Shown here: positions 22,705 to 33,468 of the stretch, piece by piece
How the letters are laid out: every line of letters begins with the position of its first letter
How positions within the stretch are numbered: position 1 is the first letter of the stretch
DNA from: Epithemia pelagica
Lineage: Eukaryota; Protista; Bacillariophyta
DNA: 64,000 nucleotides
Direction of reading: 5' to 3'
NCBI GenBank assembly: GCA_946965045.2
Contig: OX337229.1
Span: 186,001 to 250,000, forward strand
The notes under the pieces: model-generated
Told to the model about the DNA's origin: nothing
The model's database searches: none
The model's input: only the letters and a program-made list of their open reading frames with translations
Program-made: the position numbers and the translations under genes

Positions 22705-23880
22705 CTACCGATTGTTTCGCACAATGCGCAACCTCCGACGAGAGGATTGTTTGGGCATGGTGGTTGTGCGTGTTTGGGGAGTCTGGGCGGCAAAAAAATC
22801 CGCCACCCGCAATGGTACCTTGGAGGTGGTATTGTATCCAATGTGAGCTCGTTGCGTCGAATAGGCAAAGGGTTGGACCATGGCTTGGTACAAGGATTCC
22901 TCTCCCATGTCTCCCAACCCATGAAGAGGAGGATGATTGGTCTGGTCATGATTCGTGATGGTTCGTCCGGGTCGATGCGCCAAGGACCAAAATCGTTCCG
23001 TCAAGGAATAGGTGTAGCGATCAATGACGGCCAATCCCAAGTCGTAATTGGCATGATGCGAATAAGAGGATTCTCCGACGAGGGCACTGCCAATCCACGT
23101 GACATTGGGAATCCTCGACAAGGCATTGCCCAACGAAAAGGCTTGACAGGTATCGGCCACAAACAACAATTGTTGATATTTGCCATGCGAATACAAGAGT
23201 TGCACCACACGGGCCCAATCGGATGCCATGATTTCTTCCACATCTTGAAATTTAAAAAAGGAATCGCCACCATGACCAGTCCAATACACCAAGAGATTGG
23301 ACGTGCGATCCGACTCCAATCGGGGACCTCCCACCACGGGGCCGTTGGCACTGCTGCTGCTACTACTGGTGGCTGTCAAGGCTTGTACCAAGGCTTCAAT
23401 CGTGACATCGTCGCCGCGGTAATCAATTTGCGTCGTGGCATTGAATAAGGAAGGCTTGCTTTGAACCAGCAATTGATTGGCATACAAATTGCGAGCATTG
23501 ACGGCATATTCATCGGCCATCCACAACAAAATATGGTCATCGTCGTAACCGCCCAAATCACGCAAGACTTGATAGATTCTCAAGGCGTTGATCGAGTGAC
23601 GATAATTGAACCAATACCGAGAGGATGATACAATTACGGCCCAATTCTGAGAGGAGGCTGCCGAAGAAGATGCCTGGGCCAGGAACACACGACGATGCAA
23701 GCTCCCAAGCAGAAGGACAATCATCCAGCTCAATCTCGACATTATTCTGATTGATCTTGACATGGATTTCTTGATTCCAGGATGAACTTTCCCGGGTTTG
23801 TCTTTCAATGTACTGCTGCAGGGACGGAAGGACTGCAACGTCGTAGTGGATTGGGAGGCCATGGACAGCATCATCATCAT
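22705..23880 (-). CDS. GPI8: GPI-anchor transamidase catalytic subunit (peptidase C13, GPI8/PIG-K)
   Basis: NWAVIVSSSRYWFNYRH, YWTGHGGDSFFKFQD (catalytic His), ADTCQA (catalytic Cys), GESSYSHH, IDRYTY. Confidence 0.93.
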   Translation of the reverse strand: MMMMLSMASQSTTTLQSFRPCSSTLKDKPGKVHPGIKKSMSRSIRIMSRLSWMIVLLLGSLHRRVFLAQASSSAASSQNWAVIVSSSRYWFNYRHSINALRIYQVLRDLGGYDDDHILLWMADEYAVNARNLYANQLLVQSKPSLFNATTQIDYRGDDVTIEALVQALTATSSSSSSANGPVVGGPRLESDRTSNLLVYWTGHGGDSFFKFQDVEEIMASDWARVVQLLYSHGKYQQLLFVADTCQAFSLGNALSRIPNVTWIGSALVGESSYSHHANYDLGLAVIDRYTYSLTERFWSLAHRPGRTITNHDQTNHPPLHGLGDMGEESLYQAMVQPFAYSTQRAHIGYNTTSKVPLRVADFFAAQTPQTRTTTMPKQSSRRRLRIVRNNR

Positions 23881-24136
23881 GGTTTGGGCTCGATTTCTGA
23901 AATCAGCCTCCGGGTTGGTTTCATTCCCAATAGCTCCATAGTCTACCCATCTGTTACCCCCTAGCTAGCTGGAGGTACTCCTAGCTAGCTACTCCTAGGA
24001 CTAGATCGATACCGCCACTACTCCTAGAAACGTACTCCAAGGGATTCCTGGCCAAGGACATTCGAAATCAAGAGTTGAAAGACTAGAGGGATTCAATGAA
24101 ACAAAAATTATAACTATCCTCCGTGTCTGACTTTTG

Positions 24137-25408
24137 TTACAAGAGAAGGAATAGAGCCCCCGCAAGCAGTCCGAGACTTGTCGTCGTCGTGGACGGCAGG
24201 ACATTACGGTTGCTGGGAACGGCCGAGGTTTGGTCCGTTCCATACAAAGGAGTCTCATCCATACTAGTATTGGGACAGCAGGGTTCGGGTCGCGCAAAGC
24301 CAAATTCAAAGGTTCCCACCAATAGTACATTCGGTGAGAACAACTCGATGGATTCCAATTGACTGCCAAAGGCGTTGATCTCCGCAGTGCTTCCACCCGC
24401 TTGGACCCGGACAAATTCGGCCGTGGCATGGCTATTCAAGTCCGTCACAAAAGGAGTCAAGGTATGGTCGAAATGAAACGAGGCTGCTTGGAGATTGCGA
24501 AACTCGTACTGGACGGTAAACGAACTCGAGTCATCTTCCGTAAAGAACTGAACCGCCAAGGCGTCGGGTTCGTCTTGTTCCATGGTGGTCAAAATGGTTT
24601 CGTAACTGTCTTGTACGTGTGGTGGTAGTACCGTGTCGTTGTGGTGGGGCACCCATTTGCAAAAGAGTGTGACACGTTCGGTTTGCGGAGGCACTTGTCG
24701 AACATGAGTGGTGGGATCGCATTCGGCAAACTCGTCCTCTGCTGCTGCGGCTCTTGTGGTCGATACCAGAGATCGAAGGAATTGTGGCTGGGAATTGTCA
24801 TTGTCGTCGTCGTCGTCGTCCACCAGTGCACAACAGGGCACCAATTGTTCAAAGCCACTGGAACCGGTCGAAAATTCGGCGGCAATGCCGGTAGCGACAA
24901 TGGCTTGTTGCAACTCGGCCGGAACGGCCCCATAAAAGAAAAAGGGACTGGGCGTGGCCCATTGCGTCAAGGCCGCAAAGACGGAACCAATTTGCGTCAA
25001 GTGAACGGCCAAGGCGTCCGCGTTGCGAAAGGTGTGTCGCACATGATAGGCCACGAGCGTGTCGTCGCGGTAGGCGGCCGGTGCCAAGGTTCCGGGTTCC
25101 GAGTCTTGGAGTTCCTCGACAAGAACCATCAATTCGTCTCGCAAGGCATCCAGGGATGCCACGTCGTGGGCCGTCATGGTGTACGTGACCACAATTACGG
25201 CATCGTCGTCATGACTCTCTTGTTGGTCTTGTTCGTGTTGTTCGAGGGGCGCTTCCAAGGGACAGTTCTGGACCGTGCTGGTTGGAGACTTTTGGTGGTT
25301 GGTGTTGGTGTTGGTGTCGGTGGCCCACACGCACGTGGTATGGAGGAGCAGCCACACGAGGAATACTGTAGTAGTAGTAGTAGTAGGGATGGCACGAAAA
25401 CACTTCAT
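24137..25408 (-). CDS. Secreted, putatively GPI-anchored protein with two ABM-like (dimeric alpha+beta barrel) domains, paralog 1
   Basis: Signal peptide (MKCFRAIP...LLLHTTCVWA). Two repeats of EP(G/D)(T/A)LA...(H/E)-F-R-x-x-x-A-x-x-x-H...GF. Conserved C/CC/C/CC cysteines and a hydrophobic C-terminal tail. Confidence 0.75.
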   Translation of the reverse strand: MKCFRAIPTTTTTTVFLVWLLLHTTCVWATDTNTNTNHQKSPTSTVQNCPLEAPLEQHEQDQQESHDDDAVIVVTYTMTAHDVASLDALRDELMVLVEELQDSEPGTLAPAAYRDDTLVAYHVRHTFRNADALAVHLTQIGSVFAALTQWATPSPFFFYGAVPAELQQAIVATGIAAEFSTGSSGFEQLVPCCALVDDDDDDNDNSQPQFLRSLVSTTRAAAAEDEFAECDPTTHVRQVPPQTERVTLFCKWVPHHNDTVLPPHVQDSYETILTTMEQDEPDALAVQFFTEDDSSSFTVQYEFRNLQAASFHFDHTLTPFVTDLNSHATAEFVRVQAGGSTAEINAFGSQLESIELFSPNVLLVGTFEFGFARPEPCCPNTSMDETPLYGTDQTSAVPSNRNVLPSTTTTSLGLLAGALFLLL

Positions 25409-25850
25409 GGTGGCAAGTGGTTCGAGAGTGTGGAATCCAGTCAAGAACGAAAGGTGCTCGTCTTTTTTTAATGACCACAATCTTGGAGGGAGACACAGGA
25501 TAGACCTGGGTATGGTCACCACAACAACCAACACCCATCCTCATCCTCCTCTTATTGGGATCCGCTGCAAAATCTCCAACAGAATGAGAAGCAAGAGACA
25601 AATACAGAACATGATACGATCACATCCGGAACAAAAAAAAGATTCTCTCGCGCGCATCGGCGTGAGTGTGTTAGAGTCTGTCCGCTGTCAGGGATGAGTT
25701 ACCCCGAATGATGGAGTCTGTCCTTCACCCACACTCGCACCCGTAAAATAGTATCTACCCCATAATCCACACCACACACCACATCATCGTTTCACGGTTT
25801 TAGGAGTAGCTGATCAACTCAGCCATCGGTCTACTATACCATGATGAATC

Positions 25851-27887
25851 ATGGCAGACAACAGGACGAGAGTACTACCGAGTTGGGGAGATGAAGAACT
25901 TTGTCAGCTCGACAAGGGCGGCTTTGAGTTTGACTCGATTGGCTTGCGTGGGCGCGACGAAACGATTGGTGTGATCCAAGGTGTGGTGACCAACTTGTTA
26001 CAACTCGAGGAGCAGCAACAACAAACTCATGGAGCATACACCATTTTGATTGCTTCCGGTCATGTGCGCTCGGGAAAGACTCGAATTGGACAAGAAGTCT
26101 TTCAAATTGTGTCTCAGAGGATGGAACGAAATGCCCTGTACGTGCCAGTGAATCTGGGGAACGGCAACGGGTTTGAGTCGAGGTTTGATGCGCACGTGAC
26201 TCCCGGCGAAGCGCTGGGTGCTCGCATGGTCCATGGCTATTTTGCAACGACAATGGGCCATCTCAAGGCTATCAGCGCGGCCAAAGCGATCGACAGGATA
26301 GTAGGAGAGGGGGAGGGACGTCCACGACGGCCGATTGTGGTGCATGTGGATGAGCACAGTCAATACATTCGTGCGTACGCCAAGTATTTACAATGGCAGT
26401 CCATGGACCGAGATGCCGACGAGGACGATTTCTTGGAACAAGGTCGACAAAAACTTGTCCAAATGCTGGACGCCTTGGTAGCTATTGCCACTGCTCCTGT
26501 GCCAAGCCAACGCCGTACACTCATTGTTGTCCTATCGGGAACATCCTTGGGAGATGTTGTCTCACCACCACCACAAGGCGAGTCCATGTACCAGCTCGTG
26601 CCGTTGAAGCTCCCCGTGCTCAATCCCCACCTGTGCCGTGAACTTGCATGGGAACGCATCAATTGGCAGCTGGAGCGTGTCGCAGCCATGAATCTCAGAA
26701 TCCCAGTGCCGGAAAAGGCCACGGTCGTCCGTTCTCCACTCTTGGAGGTGGCATTGGCGGACACGGGTGGATTGCCTGGTTGGGTCGTAGAACTGGGAGG
26801 ATTGGCGTGCAGTTACCATGTTTACAAGACGGAATCCTACGTCCGTGCCATCCATGACGCTGTCAAACAGTACCTTCCGAAACCAACCAACCCCGAACGA
26901 GTAGAAATATCCGTCTTGGTGGGATTGGCGCGCCCCCCGCTGGTGTGGTCGTCCGAATTACTCCCAGCCGTCGTGGACACCAGTGAGAATGCCCCATCAA
27001 TGTCGGGACGCAAACGAAAGCGTCTTGCCTGGACCGTACAAGATGCTTCCGACAGCGGCAGTGTCAATGTGGTCGAAACAACGAAAGGGGCCGTCGAAGT
27101 CAGGATTCCAGCAGCGGTCATGGCGTCGTACCAGTCCTTTGAACAAATTCGGATCCCCTGCGATATTGACACCATGTGTGGTGTTGTGACAAACAGAACT
27201 GGTTGGACGTGGCAACACTTTCAATCGGCGCACATCTGCTACCTTGCCGCAGTGCTGAACGCCATTGCGGCTACGCACGATCAATTCTGGACGCGCCAAG
27301 GTCACACCGTGACACTGTCCAATCTTCTCTCGAGCGTGTCACCGTCACGCCATGCAATTCTGGAGAAAGTGCTTTCTCCACAAGGTTCGTTTGATGCATT
27401 GAATATCATCAAGGATGGAACGCACTGCATTCCACGGGAAACTGCCACGTCAAGGGTGCACATGGTCAACACGACAGACTTGGATCACATGCACCAGGCC
27501 CTTGCTGGCACTCCAATAATTGACGCTTTTGTCAATTTGAAGCTTTCCGGTGGTGGAGAAAGCTTGGCTGCCGGCACTGCAACGGTGGATGAAAGTACTA
27601 CCCTCTTTCTCCAATACAAGCATGGCACGTTGGAGTCCGAGGCGCTGGTGAAAATTTCGGAAATGAATGACACAGTCACACAACTGGAGACCTATTTATC
27701 GGGATCCGAGAGCAACTGGGGCGGTCGTCCTTGGATTTTCCTCTGGGTCACCAACCGTGCCATTGTCGAGAATGCAACTCCTCATCCAAAGTTGCTCTGG
27801 GTTGGGAAGGACAATCTGATGGACCATGCTCCCTTGATTGGACGACGTGGTCTGATTCCCAAGGAGGACGAACGAATCGATTATTGA
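25851..27887 (+). CDS. Crinkler/RHS-type P-loop NTPase plus C-terminal restriction-endonuclease-like (D...QxK) domain; intronless
   Basis: Walker A SGHVRSGKT, Walker B IVVHVDE, DTGGLP motif. The C-terminal PIIDAF...LFLQYKH...WIFLWVTNR pattern is typical of CR-REase folds. Confidence 0.7.
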   Translation: MADNRTRVLPSWGDEELCQLDKGGFEFDSIGLRGRDETIGVIQGVVTNLLQLEEQQQQTHGAYTILIASGHVRSGKTRIGQEVFQIVSQRMERNALYVPVNLGNGNGFESRFDAHVTPGEALGARMVHGYFATTMGHLKAISAAKAIDRIVGEGEGRPRRPIVVHVDEHSQYIRAYAKYLQWQSMDRDADEDDFLEQGRQKLVQMLDALVAIATAPVPSQRRTLIVVLSGTSLGDVVSPPPQGESMYQLVPLKLPVLNPHLCRELAWERINWQLERVAAMNLRIPVPEKATVVRSPLLEVALADTGGLPGWVVELGGLACSYHVYKTESYVRAIHDAVKQYLPKPTNPERVEISVLVGLARPPLVWSSELLPAVVDTSENAPSMSGRKRKRLAWTVQDASDSGSVNVVETTKGAVEVRIPAAVMASYQSFEQIRIPCDIDTMCGVVTNRTGWTWQHFQSAHICYLAAVLNAIAATHDQFWTRQGHTVTLSNLLSSVSPSRHAILEKVLSPQGSFDALNIIKDGTHCIPRETATSRVHMVNTTDLDHMHQALAGTPIIDAFVNLKLSGGGESLAAGTATVDESTTLFLQYKHGTLESEALVKISEMNDTVTQLETYLSGSESNWGGRPWIFLWVTNRAIVENATPHPKLLWVGKDNLMDHAPLIGRRGLIPKEDERIDY

Positions 27888-28145
27888 GACCGACACACTT
27901 CATGGTTGCAGTTGGTTCGAGATTGTGGAATTGAACCGCGGGCACCCAAAATAGAAATAGGTCTCCAAGAGAGACTCTAGCAGTATCTCTACCAACGAAT
28001 CGATGCGAAAAAAGAGACACTCCAGTCCGAACGCGCAACTCTTCCCTCTTCTATCTATATACACAAGGATAGATCTTCGGGTAAGCAATCCATGATCAAT
28101 CTAGTAGTGAACGCCGTTCGTGTGTTTTTAGAGATGTAGTTCGTT

Positions 28146-29345
28146 CTACAACACAACGCTGCCGGCAACCACCACCCACCCAAGAAGCACGGCCAGACTC
28201 GCCATTCTTGTGGTTGAATGCGTCGTCGTCGTCGTCCAGGACAGGGATAGCATGGCCCTTGTGGCCGCCGAGTCTTTGTTGTCGTCGTCGGGGCAGCATG
28301 GTTGAGGTGGCGCCAAGCCAAACAAATATTCCGCAAAACTACCGGGCAAATTAAAGGCTTGTGCGCCCGCTCGATACACTTGAATGTCGGCCACGGTTCC
28401 CCCATATTGGACCAAAAACACTTGGGGTGTGGCCAGGTTCAACAAGTCTTGCAATTGGGTCGCTGCCGTATTGGTCAAGTGTAGGAGCGCCGCTGGAATG
28501 GAGGCAAACTCATTGCGGACAAAGACGGAATGATTTTGTGGGTCTCGATAATACCGGACCGACAAGGTTTCCGGTTCACTTTCCTCAATGTGCGCCAAAA
28601 TGTCGTCGTAGGTATCATGAAGTGTTTCGTCCAACGCCGTGTTGGGATTTTGGGCGGTCCATTGGTAAATGGCAAAGACTCGTTCCGGCAAGGCTGGTAC
28701 TTGTCGCACATGATCGGCTGGATCGCATTGCTCGTTGTCGTTGTGGGTGCCATGCAACCATCGGGTGGGCGGTCCTAATCCATTATCATCCTCTGCGTCA
28801 CTATCACAACAGAGCAAGGCTCGTTCCATGCCCTTGTCCAAGGTGGCCCATTCGACCGTCAAGCCCTTACCAGCAATGGCTTGTCGAGCCGTTTCGCTGC
28901 CATCCAAAAGGACAAAGGTTCCAAAGGTGGCAAATTGCATCCACTGGTCGAGTTTGGGCACCACGACCGTGGTAAAGTAGTCCGTCAAGGCCGTGGAATC
29001 GTCAAAGACGGCATGAATCGAAAAGGTCCGCGTCGTTTCATCCAAATACACGGCCAACAGTAGAACGTCATTCTGGTTGGTGTTGGTAGAGTCTTGGGAT
29101 TGTTGTTTTTGTTGTTGTTGTTGTACCATGGCATTCAATTCATTCCGCATGCGGTTTACATTGGTCGTACTGGTGGCAGTCAAACTGTACAAGAGTGTGG
29201 GCATGGGAGGCAAGGGTTCCACGGGCTTTTCTTCAACAAGGCATTCATCGTTGGGATTGGCTCGAACAAGAGTATTAGTGCTAAACACCAACAGCCAAGC
29301 ACCAACCAAGAACCACCACCACCATCGTGTCGTCGTTGTCGTCAT
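28146..29345 (-). CDS. Secreted double-ABM protein, paralog 2
   Basis: Start MTTTTTRWWWWFLVGAWLL. Motifs ANPNDECLVE, MERALLCCD, QCDPADHVRQVP, EPETLSVRYY, FGLAPPQPCCP, and a hydrophobic tail. Confidence 0.78.
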   Translation of the reverse strand: MTTTTTRWWWWFLVGAWLLVFSTNTLVRANPNDECLVEEKPVEPLPPMPTLLYSLTATSTTNVNRMRNELNAMVQQQQQKQQSQDSTNTNQNDVLLLAVYLDETTRTFSIHAVFDDSTALTDYFTTVVVPKLDQWMQFATFGTFVLLDGSETARQAIAGKGLTVEWATLDKGMERALLCCDSDAEDDNGLGPPTRWLHGTHNDNEQCDPADHVRQVPALPERVFAIYQWTAQNPNTALDETLHDTYDDILAHIEESEPETLSVRYYRDPQNHSVFVRNEFASIPAALLHLTNTAATQLQDLLNLATPQVFLVQYGGTVADIQVYRAGAQAFNLPGSFAEYLFGLAPPQPCCPDDDNKDSAATRAMLSLSWTTTTTHSTTRMASLAVLLGWVVVAGSVVL

Positions 29346-30654
29346 ACTGTGGTTCCTCCTCTTGACACACACACACACACCAAAAAAAGCACAAGAAACA
29401 GGAATGAAAAATGAATCATTGAGTGAGAACGAAAGTGCCAAAGAGAGAGAGAGAAACAGAGAGATGTTTGCATCGGTTTGTTTCTCTCGTCTGGAGACAC
29501 ACACACGTTGTTGGCAAGGGTTTTTGGCTGCAAGGTTTGTCGCACGAGAATCATCAGTGACAAGGTCAGATCCAGTTTGGATTATCATTCATACGGGAGC
29601 GGACGTTGGCTTGCTCTTGTGTGTGCGCAGACGAGCCAATGTCATGCAAAACGATCCGTGTGTGCCAAGCAAAGCAAGGAAATCAATCTCGTTTGTTGCC
29701 TCGGCGGCCTGATCCAGACGTAATGTCTCGAGGTTCGGTTGTTTCTCAGTCCTTTTGTTTCTTCTTCTTCTTCTTCGTCCTGTGCCGTGTGTTCTTGTGG
29801 CGTTGCCGTGTGTTCTTTAGTGGCGACACTATTGTCTGGAGCAGGTCGAAGCAACGAAGTGAAGCTCCATGTTCCATTCTCCTCCTCATCATCCTTTTTA
29901 TACCCTCTTACCTTTTGTGTCACTAGAGAATAGCAAGAGATGGAACAAGTGATCTTTTGTTTCTAAGCAAAATGGATCTTCAGAGAGTGAGAAAGTACCA
30001 CAAAAAGAAACAGAGAAGGAGGACTGTGCTTGGATCAGTTTGATTCGGGTCACACCAGAGGCGTTGTTTGCTGCTTGGTAGAGGGTTGGCATCGGCTCGT
30101 CTGGGTATGACCACGCAAGATAACGTTGGCTGCAGAGTATCTGGAACCATCGGAGTACCCATCTTGGTTCCATACTGCAGCGAACGTTCGTGGTTGGTGC
30201 CGAGACGAGACGATGCCAAAACTCTGCCCAGAAAACGCTGTCTTGATGAGGGCTCTATATGCGCACAATCACAGTATCCGTGGACAGTTCCGCAGACTAA
30301 TCTCCGCAAGAGTGGAGCGATCGTCTGGTTCTTGTCTGGTGGGTGTCGGCAAAAGTCTTGGAGCTCCCCAATATTATAATACATTGTGGTTTTGCTCCCT
30401 TTCTTCACCTACCTTGTGTGTGTGTCTGCAATAGCGATATCTTTTGCGAGATTGCGAAAAGATCTCGGTGATCACAGAACTTTTTTATCATCATCATGGA
30501 GCAACTTCCGGGTAAGCTACTCCTACTATGTAAGTAGACTTCGAACCTAAAAGGCTTAAAGGAACAGGAAGGCGAAAGGAAATTCTATTGTAGAAGAAGG
30601 TAGGAATAGCTGGATGTTCCAAGGATGTGTTTCTAGTCTTTTATGATTCTCGTA

Positions 30655-31737
30655 TTACAAGGCAAGTGCGGAGGCCACCACAACGGCCGAAAGACTACTG
30701 GCCAAGGTGGTGGCAGTAGCCGTAGCCGCCGATGTCTCGGGGTTGTCGGGCAATTGATCGGGATCGGGACAGCAAACTTGTGGCCGGTCAAAGCCAAAGG
30801 CAAATTGTCCAAACTTGGCGGGCAAACTCAAGGCTTGAGCGCCCAAACGGTAGGCGGTAATTTCGGCCACGGTTCCTCCATGTTGAACAATCAAAATTTC
30901 CGGTGTGGCAATGGTCAACAAGGATTGCAATTCATTCGCGGCCGTTTCCGTCAAGTGAAAGACAGCGGCATCGGTATCGCGGAAATCGTTGCGGACATGA
31001 AAACTATTGGCATTTTCAAAAAAGTGCACCGCCAAGGTATTCTCTTCGGTGCTTTCCATGGTGGCCAAGACGGCATCGTATTTGGTCTTGAGTTCGTCCA
31101 ATTTGCCATCGTTGGGGACCCACTTGTAAAAGACTGTGACAGCCTCGGTGAGGGGAGGCACTTGACGAACATGGTCGTTCGGGTCGCATTCTCCATCATT
31201 GTCGTCCCCGCCATGAAGGACTCGTCGCACTTGGAGTTGCCCGTCGGGCTTGTCACAACAGGGCAAGGCTCGTTCAAAACCCTTGGTAAAGGGGACAAAT
31301 TCGGCCGTAATACCGGCAGTGGCAATGGCTTGTTGTACATCCGCCGGAACGGTGCCATAAACGAAAAAGGTACTGGGCGTGGCCAATTGGACCAAGGTGG
31401 CAAACTTGGGACCCACGGTATTTTCCATGTGCGACGCCAAGGCGGCCGCATCGCGAAAGGTTTCGCGAATGTGAAAGGCCTGGTCGGTCTCATCGACATA
31501 GGCAGCCGCGACCAAGGTACCGTCTTCCTGGGCTTGAATGGCGACCAACATGGCTTCCAATTCGGTCCGCAAGGCGGCCAAGGCCGTGTCGTCGGCCGCG
31601 GTAAAACTGTACGCCACCGTCACTTGAGCCGTGTCAATTTCCACGGGTAGTTCGACCAGGCATTCGTCATTGGCATTGCCCCAAACAACAAGGCTCAGTT
31701 GGCTGAGGAACAACAGCGAGGAAAGAAAACACTTCAT
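30655..31737 (-). CDS. Secreted double-ABM protein, paralog 3
   Basis: Start MKCFLSSLLFLSQLSLVVWG. Motifs ANDECLVE, FERALPCCD, ECDPNDHVRQVPP, FGFDRPQVCCP, and tail SAATATATTLASSLSAVVVASALAL. Confidence 0.8.
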   Translation of the reverse strand: MKCFLSSLLFLSQLSLVVWGNANDECLVELPVEIDTAQVTVAYSFTAADDTALAALRTELEAMLVAIQAQEDGTLVAAAYVDETDQAFHIRETFRDAAALASHMENTVGPKFATLVQLATPSTFFVYGTVPADVQQAIATAGITAEFVPFTKGFERALPCCDKPDGQLQVRRVLHGGDDNDGECDPNDHVRQVPPLTEAVTVFYKWVPNDGKLDELKTKYDAVLATMESTEENTLAVHFFENANSFHVRNDFRDTDAAVFHLTETAANELQSLLTIATPEILIVQHGGTVAEITAYRLGAQALSLPAKFGQFAFGFDRPQVCCPDPDQLPDNPETSAATATATTLASSLSAVVVASALAL

Positions 31738-33468
31738 GATGATGAGCAAAGATGAGATCTGTTGTTGGTTTGTTTCTTTTATGAACCAGACCACTCGGGG
31801 AGATTTTGTGTTCCGAAGAAGATTTCGATTCCGAAAAGAGGATCGCTCATTATCCCTGCGAGCCAGTCTTATCTTGGGGGAGGAGACTATTTAAGGTTCA
31901 CGCCGGATGTGTCGTAACGGTAAACAGTCGAGCCTATGTTAAATCCATGAAAAGATTTGGTGCGATTGGGGGGGTACCTTTGTTCGTCCGTCATCCGAAA
32001 GGAAAAAAATTGTCTCGTATTTTTTCCCAAAGCGCCAGCCGGGTGATATCGCCAGCCTCCCTTCGATCGTTCGAAATAGACGCGCCGGTCACGCCTTGTA
32101 TTGCTTGCACAAGGGCCAGGAATCGTCTCACTTTTCGAGCAACACCACAAAAGACGACCATGAGCACACCAAAAACCAAAAGAAAACCATCCAGCCGTAC
32201 GAACGACCACAGTGACAACTTTATGGCCAAAACCATCCACCTAGATCACAGGTGAAGGCGGAATACATCAAAGGAAGGATGACAACATGAAACATGACAA
32301 TCAACCACTGCAATGAACAATCAACCACTGCAATGATGAAGCGAAGGTTTGACAGCGTCATCATGGGGTATGTAAGCCCAGGAAGCAGGAAGCCTTAACT
32401 AGTAGTGGACTATGCTTTTATCTTTCCCATAGACAAAGTGCCAGGAGCTTGTGTTGATACTCCTAGAGGTGCATTGCATCATGTGTGTGTATTTCATGGT
32501 GTGTGTGTGATGATTCCGTGAAGCTTGATCCACTACTACGTAAAGAGTACTCGCTTCTGAAACAGTATAGACTTTAGAGTACAAAATGGGCTTGTAGATT
32601 TCTCTGTGCATGTCTCGTCAAGTCTCACGGCTCACGGTTCCTGTTTCCAATTCATGAGCGCAAGCGGCTACACAATAGGGCGAAACCAGTTATTACAGTT
32701 GGCTGGGACGTTATAATAATGTGCTAAATCAAAAGAAATTTGAAAGAAATAAATTTTACATTTTTAGGAAAATTTGGGAATAACCGTATGGACAGCAGAC
32801 GGGAGGTACCCCCGCAATCGGAGCGTTATTTAATTGTCAGGGCGACACACGCTGGATTCACGTGGCTCCAGCGCGCGCGTGGGGATCGGGCCGTGGTCAT
32901 TTTTTCTATGGATCGCCATCTTGTTTCTCTCGTTTCTTGACGAACAAAAGGGACACGAAACCTCATTGGATTCTTGTTATTTCTTCTTATTGATATGGAG
33001 ACATGTCGACGCACCACAGTGCATCCCCAGAACTATTTTATAGATCCATTGAGTATACGCGTAATCTCACGAATCGTTGCCTTGTTTGCATCTGTAAAGT
33101 AGAAGTACTGCATCTTGTCTCGTGGTCCATCGCCATGAGTTTGGGACGGCTCGTGGTCCAAGCGTTTGTTTGGACAAACAAAGAAGAGAGCGACACGACT
33201 CGTGAACAACAACTGCTGCAAACCGACTGTCGTTGTATAGTTTCTGCCACATACAGCGGTTTGGGTTTGGTGAATGATCATTCGCGTTGCAGCAGCAAAT
33301 GGCTCTGTGCTTGCCCCGCCCTCTTTTTTGGCGTGTCACGACGACTCTCTTTTTGTTTTCAAAAATAGAGGTAGAATAGTGGTTTGGTGGGAATGGACTC
33401 GTTTGTTGACAGCGTTCCCATACTCTTTCTCTACTAGAATCGCGTAGCCTTGTTGTTGTTGTTCGGGC

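Noticed and set aside
22249-23448. Long antisense or overlapping ORFs (e.g. 22249-23448+, 24641-25471+, 30643-31650+, 34075-34941+, 37396-38322-, 41161-41997-)
   Set aside because: These are shadows of well-supported genes on the opposite strand and have no motifs of their own.
25690-28100. TIR/TSD around the NTPase-REase gene
   Set aside because: I inspected both flanks by eye and found no convincing inverted or direct terminal repeats, so it is not annotated as a mobile element.
29898-30434. Short ORFs between ABM paralogs 2 and 3
   Set aside because: No recognisable domain and no consistent frame.
32297-32336. 20-bp tandem duplication acaatcaaccactgcaatga
   Set aside because: Isolated intergenic slippage with no further structure.
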